A stretch of 46,078 nucleotides of DNA from the NCBI GenBank assembly GCA_030390025.1, contig JASTWF010000324.1:496001-542078 (forward strand), in the 5' to 3' direction. Each line of letters starts with the position of its first letter. Position 1 is the first letter of the stretch. Both the position numbers and the translations under genes were made by a program. This stretch comes from Squalus acanthias. Lineage: Eukaryota. The notes under the pieces are model-generated. The model was not told where the DNA came from and made no database searches. It saw nothing but the letters and a program-made list of their open reading frames with translations. Below, piece by piece: positions 45,801 to 46,078 of this stretch.

Positions 45801-46078
45801 CTCAGTCTCTCTGATTCTCTCTCAGTCTCTCTGATTCTCTCTCAGTCTCTCTGATTCTCTCTCAGTCTCTGATTCTCTCTCAGTCTCTCTGATTCTCTCA
45901 GTCTCTCTGATTCTCTCTCAGTCTCTCTGATTCTCTCTCAGTCTCTCTGATTCTCTCTCAGTCTCTCTGATTCTCTCTCAGTCTCTGATTCTCTCTCAGT
46001 CTCTGATTCTCTCTCAGTCTCTCTGATTCTCTCTCAGTCTCTGATTCTCTCTCAGTCTCTGATTCTCTCTCAGTCTCT

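Larger units (their letters stand above)
1..46078. repeat. Tandem satellite/minisatellite array of 20-bp (GATTCTCTCTCAGTCTCTCT) and 18-bp (GATTCTCTCTCAGTCTCT) monomers, about 2,400 copies, head-to-tail, open at both window ends
   Basis: Read directly. Pure 20-mer runs (e.g. 1811-1970, 35068-35307, 45521-45700) are interspersed with 18-mers throughout. There is no inversion and no non-repeat insertion. The 20-mer has composition T9 C7 A2 G2. Confidence 0.99.

Noticed and set aside
1..46078. Protein-coding ORF (repetitive Ser/Leu- or Arg/Glu-rich protein) on either strand
   Set aside because: Each monomer has a TGA on both strands (TGA at the monomer junction on +, CTGA from TCAG on -). The 20-bp period rotates the stop through all three frames within a few units, and the consensus has no ATG.
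1..46078. CRISPR array or other repeat-spacer system
   Set aside because: There are no unique spacers, the monomers abut directly, and there is no leader or cas gene.
1..46078. Telomerase-type telomeric repeat (long yeast-like unit with variable slippage)
   Set aside because: There are no G-runs or TTAGGG-like core on either strand and no chromosome end is visible. The kb-scale duplications of the L/S order indicate recombinational copying rather than de novo templated addition. It cannot be fully excluded without genomic context.
1..46078. CTGA-N7-TCAG inverted repeat in each monomer as a hairpin, terminator or operator
   Set aside because: The stem is only 4 bp and cannot be extended (T/T mismatch), so it is too weak to support a structural or regulatory call.
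1..46078. G-quadruplex or i-motif potential
   Set aside because: The consensus has no GG or CC runs on either strand.
1..46078. Entire window being a pure sequencing artefact (basecaller stutter or synthetic concatemer)
   Set aside because: Complex rare variants and long L/S patterns recur at fixed multi-kb offsets, which random stutter would not produce. Local artefacts and uncertain copy number remain likely.

Overview
The whole 46,078-bp window is one uninterrupted, single-orientation tandem array (satellite/minisatellite DNA). It holds roughly 2,400 monomers, estimated as length divided by about 19.3 bp. Two monomers make up nearly all of it: a 20-mer L = GATTCTCTCTCAGTCTCTCT and an 18-mer S = GATTCTCTCTCAGTCTCT, which differ by one CT dinucleotide. 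The + strand is about 80% pyrimidine, and the consensus has no CpG and no ATG. I found no genes, RNA genes, mobile elements, CRISPR array or unique flanking DNA, and the array runs off both ends of the window. It looks like eukaryotic satellite DNA, but the organism cannot be identified from the sequence. The information lies in internal structure. (i) Rare variant monomers show nested segmental duplications at 0.1-8 kb (offsets 198, about 780, 1402, 1921 and 3246 bp). (ii) The order of L and S monomers forms a binary pattern that repeats at about 1.12-1.2 kb, 2.2-2.4 kb, 8.28 kb and 11.4 kb, i.e. higher-order repeats. (iii) Indel noise rises from about 12 kb to 27.05 kb and then stops abruptly, which looks like an assembly or consensus junction. 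I do not see a new coding or defence system here. The candidates for novelty are the satellite family itself and its higher-order architecture, and part of that architecture may be an assembly artefact. All coordinates and offsets were counted by eye.
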